NCBI GenBank assembly: GCA_038874215.1
Contig: JAVZCV010000018.1
Span: 1-24,539 of the forward strand
DNA from: Candidatus Micrarchaeia archaeon
GTDB taxonomy: Archaea; Micrarchaeota; Micrarchaeia; Burarchaeales; JAVZCV01
DNA length: 24,539 bases
Reading direction: 5' to 3'
The translations under genes and the position numbers were made by a program. This document shows, piece by piece, positions 1-8,874 of the stretch; the first letter of the stretch is position 1; each line of letters begins with the position of its first letter. Below the pieces are notes generated by a model that was given only the letters and a program-made list of their open reading frames with translations, had not been told where the DNA came from and ran no database searches.

Positions 1-1497
1 GATTATCCGAGGGTGAGGATGTTTGACTTGTCTGGCAACTATTTGGGAGAATTCAACGGTGACAAGACTGGTGTGGATTACACGCTCAACAATCCGCAGG
101 GCATCTTCGCATATGGTGGTATGCTTTATGTTGCGGACACCGAGAATAACCGTATAGTTATATACAATATTACAACGGGCGAGGTTGTAGGGAAACTCGG
201 TAGAGGTCCTGGTGATGCCATTGCAAAAAGGCCAACGAGAGTTTTTGCAGACGAGGGGATCATTCTTGTCAGCGATACGGGGAACAACAGAATTATGGTT
301 TTCTATTCTAATTTCACATATGCGGGGAGCTTTGGCTCGTTTGGAAACGGAACAAACAAGTTCAGCTCTCCCATAGGTATCTTCGTTCAAAACAAAACGT
401 TGTTCGTTGCTGATAGCGGGAACAACAAAATAAAAATTTATAGGATAGGGGGGGAAGGGACCGGCGAGAGCATAAACATTTCAGAAACGCAGGCAAGATT
501 GGCGATAAATAGCGCAAACGAGACGCTTGCAAAACTTGTTTCTTTATCAAGAAGTGCAGCCGAGATAGGGCTGGGCGCCGATATTCTGGACATACAGATA
601 AGGATTGCTGATGCGGTAAGCGCAAAGTCTGCGGGAGATTACGAAAGGGCGAAAGAATATGCGGATGAAGCGAATGCGCTTGCAACTGCAAGAGTTGATG
701 AATTAAAAAAGGCGATAGAGCGTGAGATAGGAGTGAGAATTTCCGCATGTCGGGAAATGTTGAGGCTTGCTGATGGGAACAATACGGCGTATGGCCTTGA
801 TATAGATGCACAGGGCTTGCAGGCTTCAATTGAGAACACGATGCGAGAAATTTCTTCAGGAAATCATGAGCAAGCAGTTATGTGGGTAAAACTCGCTGAG
901 GGTAATAGGACTGTTGTTGGAGTTCTTCTTGCCGCTTCGCAGGCGGGTGTTGAGGCAAGAAAGAGCATTTTGCAGTCGCGAGTTTATAAAGCGCAAGAGG
1001 GAATAAACGCAATCGGTGTTTTGGCGATCGCTTATAATTACTCAGTAGAAACTGCAGAGCTTGAGAGGCGTATAAACGACACGATTTTGGAGATTGAAGC
1101 GGGCAGGCTTGAAAGTGCGAACGACACTCTGAGTGAGTTGGAAACAGAGATAAACAGGACGATCGATGGGCTTTATGCCAAAATAAAGGCTGTTGATAAA
1201 GCGAGGAATGCGATAAGGAGGGCGAAGGAGGAGATAGCAAAGGGGGAAGCAGGACTAATAAAGGCAAACATGGGGGATGCCATCAAAGAAATGGGTGAGG
1301 CAGAGGTAATTTTATATTCAGATCCCGCAAAAGCTGAAGAGAAAGCCCTGCATGCAGTAAATATGGCAAGAGTAGAAAACGAGAAAACAGAGAAGATTAA
1401 GTCGCTTCTTACATTTGGTGGACTCATATGCTCGCTAGCGGTTTTCATCGCAGTTGCGGGCATTGTTTTGATGTTAATAAAAAAGAGGAAGAAGTAG
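1..1497 (+). CDS. NHL-repeat (beta-propeller) cell-surface protein with alpha-helical stalk and C-terminal TM anchor; 5'-partial
   Basis: NHL repeats (LNNPQGI..LYVADTENNRI, RPTRV..VSDTGNNRI, FSSPIGI..FVADSGNNKI); Ala/Glu-rich helical region; C-terminal hydrophobic helix followed by KKRKK. The frame is open from base 1 (gat tat ccg agg gtg), so the true start lies upstream of the window. Confidence 0.8.
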   Translation, partial: DYPRVRMFDLSGNYLGEFNGDKTGVDYTLNNPQGIFAYGGMLYVADTENNRIVIYNITTGEVVGKLGRGPGDAIAKRPTRVFADEGIILVSDTGNNRIMVFYSNFTYAGSFGSFGNGTNKFSSPIGIFVQNKTLFVADSGNNKIKIYRIGGEGTGESINISETQARLAINSANETLAKLVSLSRSAAEIGLGADILDIQIRIADAVSAKSAGDYERAKEYADEANALATARVDELKKAIEREIGVRISACREMLRLADGNNTAYGLDIDAQGLQASIENTMREISSGNHEQAVMWVKLAEGNRTVVGVLLAASQAGVEARKSILQSRVYKAQEGINAIGVLAIAYNYSVETAELERRINDTILEIEAGRLESANDTLSELETEINRTIDGLYAKIKAVDKARNAIRRAKEEIAKGEAGLIKANMGDAIKEMGEAEVILYSDPAKAEEKALHAVNMARVENEKTEKIKSLLTFGGLICSLAVFIAVAGIVLMLIKKRKK

Positions 1498-1498
1498 C

Positions 1499-2719
1499 TC
1501 AGGAGCCATATACGTGGGCATGACCCATTTTGTCTTTTATTATGGGCATTAACTCAATACCTCTCAGGTGGCCAAGCGAACCCCTTGCGCATGATATCTC
1601 ATCAAATTTTTCAACATCATCAACGCGCACATTCTTCCCATAGATGAGAATAGGTGTGGGGTCTGAAGAATGGCGTTTAAGAGATATAGGCGTGCTGTGG
1701 TCTCCTGTTAAAATAATGTATGTGCCTTCGGGTAGTTTTGGGGTTAAATCACCTATCATTGCGTCTATCTTCTCTATCATCGCAACCTTTCCATCAAAAT
1801 CTCCATCGTGGCCCGCATTGTCAGTGCCTTTTATGTGGAGAAAAACGAACTCGTGCGTTTTGAATGCTTCAAGAACTGCTTTTGCCTTTGCGCTCAGGTC
1901 CGTGTTGAATGTTCCTATTGCGCCCTTAACCTCAATCACATCCATGCCGACATATTTCGCTACTCCCTTATAGAGCGCGCCTCCTGCTATGCATGCGGCT
2001 GAGAAGCCATGCCTCTCTTTAAAGGGTTGGATGCGCCTGTAAGCTCCTGCACCGCGGGAGAGTATTATGTTTGCTGGGAGTTTGCCCTCTCTCTCGCGTC
2101 TCGTGTTTATCTCTGCTTTTGAGAGGATATCGTATGAGAGTTTTGTAAAATCATTCAGAACCTTTGAAGTTTTCCTCGCTTCAGGCGTGCTATCAATCGG
2201 CTCTGATTTCAGAACCTTGCCCGCCCCATGGGGGTCCACATCGGTTATGTTTGCGGATAGGCCATCACCCCTTAAGATGAGCGCACATCTATGCTGCGTT
2301 GAATGCTTCAATATAATTTTAACAGTATCGATTTCCTTTCCGTCAATGAGTTTTGCGAGTTCATCCGCACCTTCTTCTATTCTGCCAGCTCGCCTGTCTA
2401 TTATATTCATGTCCTTATCCACGGTGGCGAAGTTTGAGCGGAAAGCGATATCGCCGTCCCTAAGTTCAATGCCAATGCCAAGAGCCTCCAAAGGCCCTCT
2501 GCCAGGGTAGAACTTTTCGGGCTCGTATCCAAAAAGCGCAAGATGGGATGTATCGCTGCCGGGTATTATTCCGGGGGAAATTGTATAGAGCAATCCTGTT
2601 GCGCCTTTTTTCGCAAGTCTATCTATGTTGGGCTTTTTTGCAGCCTGAAGCGGTGTCTTTCCATTTTTTGAGGGCAAATCGCCAAGACCATCGCATACGA
2701 TGAGAAGTGCTTGCGCCAT
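1499..2719 (-). CDS. apgM: 2,3-bisphosphoglycerate-independent phosphoglycerate mutase (archaeal type)
   Basis: Motifs DGLGD, TPLQAA, PGSDTSHL (catalytic Ser), GRGPLEALG, DNAGHDG, GDHSTP. Start placed at ATG 2719 (MAQALLIV), about 25 nt downstream of a TATA-like element. Confidence 0.95.
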   Translation of the reverse strand: MAQALLIVCDGLGDLPSKNGKTPLQAAKKPNIDRLAKKGATGLLYTISPGIIPGSDTSHLALFGYEPEKFYPGRGPLEALGIGIELRDGDIAFRSNFATVDKDMNIIDRRAGRIEEGADELAKLIDGKEIDTVKIILKHSTQHRCALILRGDGLSANITDVDPHGAGKVLKSEPIDSTPEARKTSKVLNDFTKLSYDILSKAEINTRREREGKLPANIILSRGAGAYRRIQPFKERHGFSAACIAGGALYKGVAKYVGMDVIEVKGAIGTFNTDLSAKAKAVLEAFKTHEFVFLHIKGTDNAGHDGDFDGKVAMIEKIDAMIGDLTPKLPEGTYIILTGDHSTPISLKRHSSDPTPILIYGKNVRVDDVEKFDEISCARGSLGHLRGIELMPIIKDKMGHAHVYGS

Positions 2720-2739
2720 GGTTGAGGTTTTTGTTGCGA

Positions 2740-2810
2740 TAAATATAAAACATCTGTGCATGCGGCGGGAATGGGCAATTTATTAAAACATCTGCCAACA
2801 TAAGATTGCC
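2740..2810. promoter_or_regulatory. Divergent apgM/aroC promoter region with TATA boxes, probably leaderless transcripts
   Basis: TTTTATATTTA on the minus strand (~2740-2750) upstream of apgM; TTTATTAA (2779-2786) about 25 nt upstream of the aroC ATG; direct repeat TAAAACATCTG at 2746-2756 and 2784-2794. Confidence 0.55.
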
Positions 2811-3875
2811 ATGAACACCATAGGAAGGCTTTTCAGGGTAAGCGTATTCGGGGAGTCGCACGGAATTTGTGTGGGTGCGCTCGTTGATGGAATGCCTGCA
2901 GGAATAAAGGTTTCGGAGGAATATATACAGGGGGAGCTTGACAGAAGAAAACCGGGGGGTCAGCTCGCAAGCAAAAGAAAAGAGGAGGATAGAGTGGAAA
3001 TACTCTCGGGGGTTTTTAGGGGCTATTCAACTGGTACACCCATACTCATGCTCGTTTGGAATAAAGATGTTGATTCGTCAGCGTATGAGAAAATGAAAAA
3101 CACCCCGAGACCAGGCCATGCGGATTACACTGCTTTCCTGAAATACAAAGGGTATAACGATTATAGGGGTGGTGGAATCTTTTCTGGCAGGATGACTGCT
3201 GCTTATGTCATGGCGGGTGCGCTTGCAAAACTTATGCTGAAAAAATGGAGAGTAGTTATAGGCGCATACGCATGCCAAATCGGTAGCGTTACGTGCGAAA
3301 CCCATTATTCATTGGGGGAGGTTCTTAAGGCGAGGAACATGCTCAGATGCCCAGATGAAAAAAAAGCAAGAGAGATGGAGGAGGAAATAAGGCGTGCAGC
3401 GGAGGAAGGGGACAGTGTTGGCGGTTGCATAAGGTGCATCGCAAATTTGCCTCCATGCCTTGGAGAACCTCTGTTTGATGCAATAGATGCAGACATAGCA
3501 AAGGCGGTTTTCTCAATACCTGCTGTCAAAGGAGTTGAGTTTGGGGATACAAAGATGAGGGGCAGTGAGAACAACGATGAGTTTTTTGTAAAAAACGGGA
3601 GGATAATGACGCGCACGAACAACTCGGGCGGTGTTCTCGGTGGCATAACTACGGGCATGCCTCTGGAATTTACGGTTAAGTTAAAACCCACGCCGAGTAT
3701 ATACAAAGAGCAGCGGACTGTTGATATAAAAACGATGAAACCAGCAAAACTAAGGATTGCGGGAAGGCACGACCCATGCATAGTGCCAAGAGCAATTGTT
3801 GTTGTTGAGTCTGTTGCGGCATTCGTCATAGCGGACCACGTGTTGAGGCATGAGGCATATGGGGCGGGATTTTAA
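2811..3875 (+). CDS. aroC: Chorismate synthase
   Basis: Signatures FGESHG, PRPGHAD, DYRGGG, GDSVGG, SIPAVKGVEFG, NNSGGVLGGIT, KPTPSI, GRHDPCIVPRA. Confidence 0.97.
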   Translation: MNTIGRLFRVSVFGESHGICVGALVDGMPAGIKVSEEYIQGELDRRKPGGQLASKRKEEDRVEILSGVFRGYSTGTPILMLVWNKDVDSSAYEKMKNTPRPGHADYTAFLKYKGYNDYRGGGIFSGRMTAAYVMAGALAKLMLKKWRVVIGAYACQIGSVTCETHYSLGEVLKARNMLRCPDEKKAREMEEEIRRAAEEGDSVGGCIRCIANLPPCLGEPLFDAIDADIAKAVFSIPAVKGVEFGDTKMRGSENNDEFFVKNGRIMTRTNNSGGVLGGITTGMPLEFTVKLKPTPSIYKEQRTVDIKTMKPAKLRIAGRHDPCIVPRAIVVVESVAAFVIADHVLRHEAYGAGF

Positions 3876-4935
3876 GGATAAGCTTGTGAAATACAGGGGG
3901 GAGATTGACAAGATAGATGATGAAATCCTTAGGCTTATTGAGAAGAGAATAGAAATTGCGAAAGTTATAGGGAAGATTAAGAGAGAGAAGGGCATGAGTG
4001 TGGTTTCGTTTTCCCGCATGAAAGAAGTGATAAACAGAATGAAAAGGAAGGCGCGAGTTGCGGATAAAAAGGCTGTTGAAGCCATTTTCACGGAGATAAT
4101 GTCAGCATGCATAAGGGCTGAAGGCGGAGTGAAGGTTGGTTTTCTCGGTCCGGTGGGCACTTTCTCGGAAGATGCAGGACACGAGATCTTTGGTAATTCA
4201 GTGGAGTATAAACCGTATGAGTCAATAGATGACGTTTTTGAAGCGGTTGTTAGAGCAGAAATTGATTATGGCGTTGTGCCGATAGAGAACAGCGTTGAAG
4301 GAAGCGTCAATTCAACTCTTGATAAACTGATGGAGCACGAAGTGTATGTTGTGGCTGAAAAAACCATACCGATAAGGCATAATCTTGTGGCGATGAAAGG
4401 AGTTAAGAAAGAAGACATAAAAGTCATAATAACCCACCCACATGCACTCGCACAGTGCAGGAATTACCTTAGAGGTATGCGGTGCAGGCTGAGAAGTGTG
4501 AGTAGTACTGCTGAAGCGTGCAGGCAGTTGGATATGACAAGCGCAGCGATAGCCAGCGAGAGAGCGGCAAAAATATATGGGCTTGATATTTTGGAGAGAG
4601 ACGTGCAGGACAGCGAGTTCAACTCAACGAGGTTTATAGTGATTGGACGTGATAAAGCGATGGGCAGGAGAACAGGCAAGGATAAAACTTCAGTTATTTT
4701 CTCTTTAAAAGATGAACCAGGTGCGCTTTACTGCGCCCTTGGTGAATTCGCAAAAAGAGGTATAAACCTAACAAAGATAGAATCGCGGCCAAGTAAAAAG
4801 GAAAAGTGGGAGTACGTATTTTTCGTTGATTTTGAAGGGCATATAGAGGATAGGAAATGCAGGGATGCGCTCACGGCGCTTGGCAAACGCACATGTTTTC
4901 TACGCGTTCTTGGCTCATACCCACGAGAGGGTTAA
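3859..4935 (+). CDS. pheA: Bifunctional chorismate mutase / prephenate dehydratase (P-protein) with ACT domain
   Basis: N-terminal AroQ-type mutase (YRGEIDKIDDEILRLIEKR); PDT motifs LGPVGTFS, PIENSVEGSV, HPHALAQC, NSTRF; ACT motif NLTKIESRP. Overlaps the aroC stop. Start is 3850 or 3859. Confidence 0.95.
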   Translation: MGRDFKDKLVKYRGEIDKIDDEILRLIEKRIEIAKVIGKIKREKGMSVVSFSRMKEVINRMKRKARVADKKAVEAIFTEIMSACIRAEGGVKVGFLGPVGTFSEDAGHEIFGNSVEYKPYESIDDVFEAVVRAEIDYGVVPIENSVEGSVNSTLDKLMEHEVYVVAEKTIPIRHNLVAMKGVKKEDIKVIITHPHALAQCRNYLRGMRCRLRSVSSTAEACRQLDMTSAAIASERAAKIYGLDILERDVQDSEFNSTRFIVIGRDKAMGRRTGKDKTSVIFSLKDEPGALYCALGEFAKRGINLTKIESRPSKKEKWEYVFFVDFEGHIEDRKCRDALTALGKRTCFLRVLGSYPREG

Positions 4936-5933
4936 TATCTGCATCGGTGCGTCATGATATCGCATGTCGTACCTGGGCAGTCGGCGTTGCTTGAACACGT
5001 GCTGTACCTCCATGTGCATGTGTGGTTTATCGGGTTGCATATCTCCTCGTATTTGCATTCTGAATCGTATGAACACCTTCCTGGTTTGGATGCGCAGATG
5101 TGTCGTGAAGGCTCGCAGTATTGCCACTCATTGCATTCTGAATCGGTGTTGCATTTTCCGCTGTATGTTTTGCACCTGTGGTCGTTTGGGTCGCAGAACT
5201 GCCATGACTTGCAATTTGCATTTGTATCGCAACGGTCGTTCTTAGCTTCGCAAACGTTTTTTGTAGGGTTGCAGTATTGCCATTCTCCGCATTCAGTATC
5301 AGATGTGCAATAGAACTCAAAAAGCTCGCATTTGTGCTCTTTGCAAACATACTTCGTGCATTTGCACCACGAATTGCAATCGTAGTCGTTGTTGCAGAAG
5401 CCAGGCTTGGGAACGCACCGTTTTGAAGCGAGATTGCAAAGCTCCCAACGCTGGCACGAAGAGTTATCAAAACAGTAGCCATCTTTCGGAGCACAGTAGT
5501 TTGTGCTCATGTTGCAGAACTGCCAGAACTCGCAGTCAAAATCGTCTGAACAACGGCCAGGGCTTGGGGTGCAATAATGCTTACTGTCGCAGAACTGCCA
5601 TGGGCTGCATGAAGTGTCGTCTTTGCATCTGCCGATTTTCAGCTTGCATGTGTTCAGAGTGATGTCGCAAACCTCCCACTCATAACAGTCGGCATCCTTA
5701 CCGCAGAAACCACGCTGGTACTGGCACTTGTGCGTCTGCTTGTTGCAGAACATTTTTCCCTTGCAGTCTGTGTCATCGCTACAAAAACCCGGCGCTGCAA
5801 TGCACGTATTGGTGGAGACGTTGCAGGTTTGCCAGCTTTGGCAGTCTTTGTCAGAGTTGCATTTGGGCGGGCCGCCTCCGCACCCTATGAGAAGCAAAAA
5901 CGGAAGCAGGAAAACCAAAGTTTCACTTCGCAT
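4932..5933 (-). CDS. Cysteine-rich repeat lipoprotein (12 repeats of ~26 aa, four Cys each)
   Basis: Signal peptide with lipobox LLIG-C18, then 12 repeats of consensus CxxDxDCxxW(Q/E)xCxxxxxxCxxxxGx; 51 Cys in 333 aa; own TATA box TTATATAA at 5955-5962. Confidence 0.85.
   Translation of the reverse strand: MRSETLVFLLPFLLLIGCGGGPPKCNSDKDCQSWQTCNVSTNTCIAAPGFCSDDTDCKGKMFCNKQTHKCQYQRGFCGKDADCYEWEVCDITLNTCKLKIGRCKDDTSCSPWQFCDSKHYCTPSPGRCSDDFDCEFWQFCNMSTNYCAPKDGYCFDNSSCQRWELCNLASKRCVPKPGFCNNDYDCNSWCKCTKYVCKEHKCELFEFYCTSDTECGEWQYCNPTKNVCEAKNDRCDTNANCKSWQFCDPNDHRCKTYSGKCNTDSECNEWQYCEPSRHICASKPGRCSYDSECKYEEICNPINHTCTWRYSTCSSNADCPGTTCDIMTHRCRY
4935..5861 (-). repeat. Protein-level tandem repeat array (12 units of ~78 nt), diverged at DNA level
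   Basis: Units include CNSDKDCQSWQTCNVSTNTCIAAPGF, CSDDFDCEFWQFCNMSTNYCAPKDGY and CNTDSECNEWQYCEPSRHICASKPGR; unit 7 has two extra Cys. Confidence 0.85.
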
Positions 5934-5962
5934 GAGAAAATTATGCTGGTTGTTTTATATAA

Positions 5963-6265
5963 TTAATGCTGCACTGGTGCCGTTTTCAGCGCTTTTATGA
6001 AAACGGATAAAACCAGTATAAGCAAAATCCAGAGCGTCAGAAGGAAGAGATTTCTGTCTCTTCTTTTTAGGTAATATATAAGAAGCGAAACCACGCCTAA
6101 TAGAGGCGCAAAAACGAATGCGCCCACTCCTAAAAGCAGGAATGATGCCGATATAGTATTGCCTGCCAAGTAAAGAAGAATGCCAAGAGACAAAAATAAG
6201 ATGCTGATAGTACAAGCTGTTTTGTATATTGCGGTGAGCAGATTTGAGGTTTTATTTTCATCCAT
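5963..6265 (-). CDS. Small membrane protein, DUF1634-like
   Basis: Three hydrophobic helices; overlaps the stop of the upstream TauE/SafE gene, the usual partner of DUF1634; motif LLGVGAFVFAPLLGV..YYLKRRDR. Confidence 0.7.
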   Translation of the reverse strand: MDENKTSNLLTAIYKTACTISILFLSLGILLYLAGNTISASFLLLGVGAFVFAPLLGVVSLLIYYLKRRDRNLFLLTLWILLILVLSVFIKALKTAPVQH

Positions 6266-7070
6266 AGAAAATCCCTTTTAAGAGAAGCACAATGGAAATA
6301 AGGAATAGCACAAGAACTATAATGTTCTTCACCGTCTTCTCATCGGCGTTTTTGAAAAAAGCGCTTCCTAAATGCGCACCGAAAAAAACCCCAAAAAGTG
6401 CTGTTCCAAAAAGCGTCATTTCAGAATACCCAGAAGCGGTGTAAACGAGTGCGCCAGCACATGTATTTATGCCCATCATGAAAACACTCGTCGCCACAGT
6501 GCGCTTGATAGGGATGCACATAAGCCTGTTCATTGTAGGGACGAAGAATATGCCGCCACCTATGCCAAACAGCCCTGCGAAAACTCCTGCAAAAAAACAT
6601 ATAGGAAATGCCAACTGGCAATTGGGGATTTTTTCGCTTTCATTGCTACGGGCGGAAGTTGGCATTTGTATGTTTGGGTCTGCTCTTTTGTTTCCCGAGG
6701 GGGACTCAGATCTCATCAGAAGAAAAATGAAGAATAGAAGGATGCCCAAAGCGATGCTGATTATTCTCTCTGGCAGGGATATTGCGGCGGTTGCACCTAC
6801 GATTGCGCCCAAAACTGCTGGCGCCTCCAAAAAAAGAGCAAGACGCACATTAACGAAGCCGCTATGCAGGTATTTCCGTGATGAGATAACAGATGTTGCG
6901 ACTGCTGAAATCAGGCTTGTAGCAATTGCGTAGTGTAAGGGTACGTTTGCGCAGAGAAATAAAAGCGGGGCAAGCAATATTCCCGCACCTATGCCAGTGG
7001 ATGAGGAAACTGTTGAAGCAAACAGTGATATTAAAAATACGATGGCGTGCTGGATGGGTGTGAAATGCAT
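6258..7070 (-). CDS. Sulfite exporter TauE/SafE (TSUP) family membrane protein
   Basis: Two repeats of the TSUP motif (GIGAGILLAP...AIATSL; GLFGIGGGIFFVP...VATS); about 8 TM helices; RBS-like GAGGAAGGTGA upstream. Confidence 0.9.
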   Translation of the reverse strand: MHFTPIQHAIVFLISLFASTVSSSTGIGAGILLAPLLFLCANVPLHYAIATSLISAVATSVISSRKYLHSGFVNVRLALFLEAPAVLGAIVGATAAISLPERIISIALGILLFFIFLLMRSESPSGNKRADPNIQMPTSARSNESEKIPNCQLAFPICFFAGVFAGLFGIGGGIFFVPTMNRLMCIPIKRTVATSVFMMGINTCAGALVYTASGYSEMTLFGTALFGVFFGAHLGSAFFKNADEKTVKNIIVLVLFLISIVLLLKGIFYG

Positions 7071-7092
7071 GGTTCACCTTCCTCGCTTATCG

Positions 7093-7767
7093 CTAAGCTT
7101 GTGTTGAAGTCTCAAACGCATCGGCTATCTCTTTACCCTCTATATAGACAAGGTTTTTCCTGAGAGCATATTTTCTTGCTTCATCAGCATCAAGCGCGTT
7201 TCCATCTTCCCCCAGCATTTCGCATAAAACGGCGATGGGTCTCTCGCCAGCCATGCGGGCAATCGCAAGCGCAAGCTCGGTATGCCCTCGCCTTTTTTCT
7301 AAACCACCTTCATGCTCTATGAGGAGGGGAACGTGGCCAGGCGAGCGGAAGTTAAGCAAAAACTCATCTTTGCTTTTGACAGAAGACAGCGCTGTTATCG
7401 TAAGCGATCTATCGTTGTCGGTTATGCCCGTGAATGTTTTTATGTGATTTACGGTTATTGAGAATGCGGAGGTACTCCTATAAGGAAGAGGATGGAGGAG
7501 GGATGAGAGAAAACGATAAGTTGATGAGGCGTATATTTCATGCATAAAAACAAGACCGAGCGTTTTTGCTATTTCGTTCCCAAGCGCAACGCATATAAGG
7601 CCGCCAGCGTCCTTTCGCATCTGCTTAATTTTGTATGGTGTTGAGTGGCGCGCGCAGAGTACCATATCCACCTCGTTCTCGCGCTTTTCATCATCGTGAA
7701 TTAAAAGAATCTCGCCTCTACGGAAGGATTCTGCTGCTATTTTTATCATTTTATCACTCGCCTTCAT
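7093..7767 (-). CDS. ribB: 3,4-dihydroxy-2-butanone 4-phosphate synthase
   Basis: Motifs DDEKRENEVD, GGLICVAL, SAFSITVNH..TFTGITDNDR, FRSPGHV, RRGHTE, LCEM (archaeal RibB type). Start probably ATG 7767 (or 7749) rather than 7806. Confidence 0.95.
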   Translation of the reverse strand: MKASDKMIKIAAESFRRGEILLIHDDEKRENEVDMVLCARHSTPYKIKQMRKDAGGLICVALGNEIAKTLGLVFMHEIYASSTYRFLSSLLHPLPYRSTSAFSITVNHIKTFTGITDNDRSLTITALSSVKSKDEFLLNFRSPGHVPLLIEHEGGLEKRRGHTELALAIARMAGERPIAVLCEMLGEDGNALDADEARKYALRKNLVYIEGKEIADAFETSTQA

Positions 7768-7863
7768 CGTGCGTACTACACGACTGATGTTTGACTGATG
7801 AAACATTTATATAGGAGTTAATTATATGTTTTTAGCACTCACGCGTAATGTGCGACCAGTTGT
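7768..7863. promoter_or_regulatory. Divergent ribB / GTPase promoter with candidate operator repeats
   Basis: TTTATATA at 7806-7813 (usable on either strand); direct repeat GACTGATG at 7782-7789 and 7793-7800; inverted repeat ATGTTT-N8-AAACAT at 7787-7806. Confidence 0.5.
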
Positions 7864-8502
7864 ATGGAAGAGAGGGGGAAGATGCCTTTTAGGTATATAG
7901 CAGACATAATCAACAAAATTCTCGGAAGAAGAAAGACCCTGAGCCTCGGCGTTTACGGCTCGCCAAATACGGGAAAAACAACGCTTGCCAACAGGATATC
8001 AATGGACTGGCTTGGCGAACCGGTTGGGACTGTTTCGGAGATTCCCCATGAAACGAGATTTGTGCAGAAGAAGGAGAGGATAAACATTGAGGCGAACGGA
8101 AAGAAGCTTACGATAAATTTGCTTGATATGCCAGGGATAGCAACAAAAGTGGACTACAGAGATTTCTTGGAATATGGGCTGAAAGTCAAAACAGCGCAGG
8201 AGAGGGCAAAAGAAGCGACGAAAGGCATAATAGAGGCGATAAAGTGGCTTGAGCACGTTGATGCGGCCCTCGTGGTTATGGACAGCACAGATGACCCTTA
8301 TACGCAGGTTAACATAACTGTGCTCGGCAATCTTGAAGCAAGAAGGATACCCGTGATAATAGTTGCAAACAAAATAGATTTGCCGAATGCAAAGCCCGAT
8401 AGGATACGGGAGGCTTTCCCGCAGTATCCTGTCGTGGATGTATCGGCAAAGGAAGGGACAAACTTGGATGCGCTTTACCATATGCTCAGTGAGAAGTTGT
8501 AG
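7864..8502 (+). CDS. Era-like small GTP-binding protein (OapA-like)
   Basis: G1 GSPNTGKT, G2 HET, G3 DMPG, G4 NKID, G5 SAK; family motifs EATKGIIEAIKWL and DPYTQVNITVLGNLEAR. Alternative start ATG 7882. Confidence 0.9.
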   Translation: MEERGKMPFRYIADIINKILGRRKTLSLGVYGSPNTGKTTLANRISMDWLGEPVGTVSEIPHETRFVQKKERINIEANGKKLTINLLDMPGIATKVDYRDFLEYGLKVKTAQERAKEATKGIIEAIKWLEHVDAALVVMDSTDDPYTQVNITVLGNLEARRIPVIIVANKIDLPNAKPDRIREAFPQYPVVDVSAKEGTNLDALYHMLSEKL

Positions 8503-8510
8503 GTGTTGCC

Positions 8511-8873
8511 ATGGGAGTGCAGATAGAGTTTATATCGTCAAGCGTCCTTGAACCAAAAGGCGAGGAGAAAATAAATTACATAATTGAAAGCATAAAGGAG
8601 AACAGGATAGTAGTTCTTGAGAAACCGCTGACGATAAGTGAAGAGAAGAGGCTGATAGAGGAAACGATGAGGCAAATAAACACGGATTTCACGGGTATAG
8701 AGGTGTCAACACTGGGGAGAAACGAGGAGAGCGGGCTTAAAGGATTGCTCATAAGACTCCTTGGAGGGAAGGTTGGAGGGCTTACTGTTATAGGGCCGTC
8801 AAACCTTGTGAAAAAAGTAAAGAGGAATGCGGATAGTATAGAACTTTTCGCGATAAGCGGGAGAAGGCGTTGA
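8511..8873 (+). CDS. DUF2073 family protein (OapB-like)
   Basis: Motifs IVVLEKPL..EEKRLIEETM..I..DFTGIEV and GLTVIGPSNLVK; lies directly after the Era-like GTPase, as in the conserved archaeal cluster. Confidence 0.85.
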   Translation: MGVQIEFISSSVLEPKGEEKINYIIESIKENRIVVLEKPLTISEEKRLIEETMRQINTDFTGIEVSTLGRNEESGLKGLLIRLLGGKVGGLTVIGPSNLVKKVKRNADSIELFAISGRRR

Positions 8874-8874
8874 G

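Noticed and set aside
4935-5861. Periodic sequence as a possible CRISPR array, multiheme cytochrome or polyferredoxin
   Set aside because: The periodicity is at protein level with no identical DNA repeats or spacers; there are no CxxCH or CxxCxxCxxxCP motifs.
7784-7860. CTGA/TGATGA words suggesting a C/D-box sRNA
   Set aside because: No box D (CTGA) at a suitable distance downstream of the TGATGA; the region is better explained as a divergent promoter.
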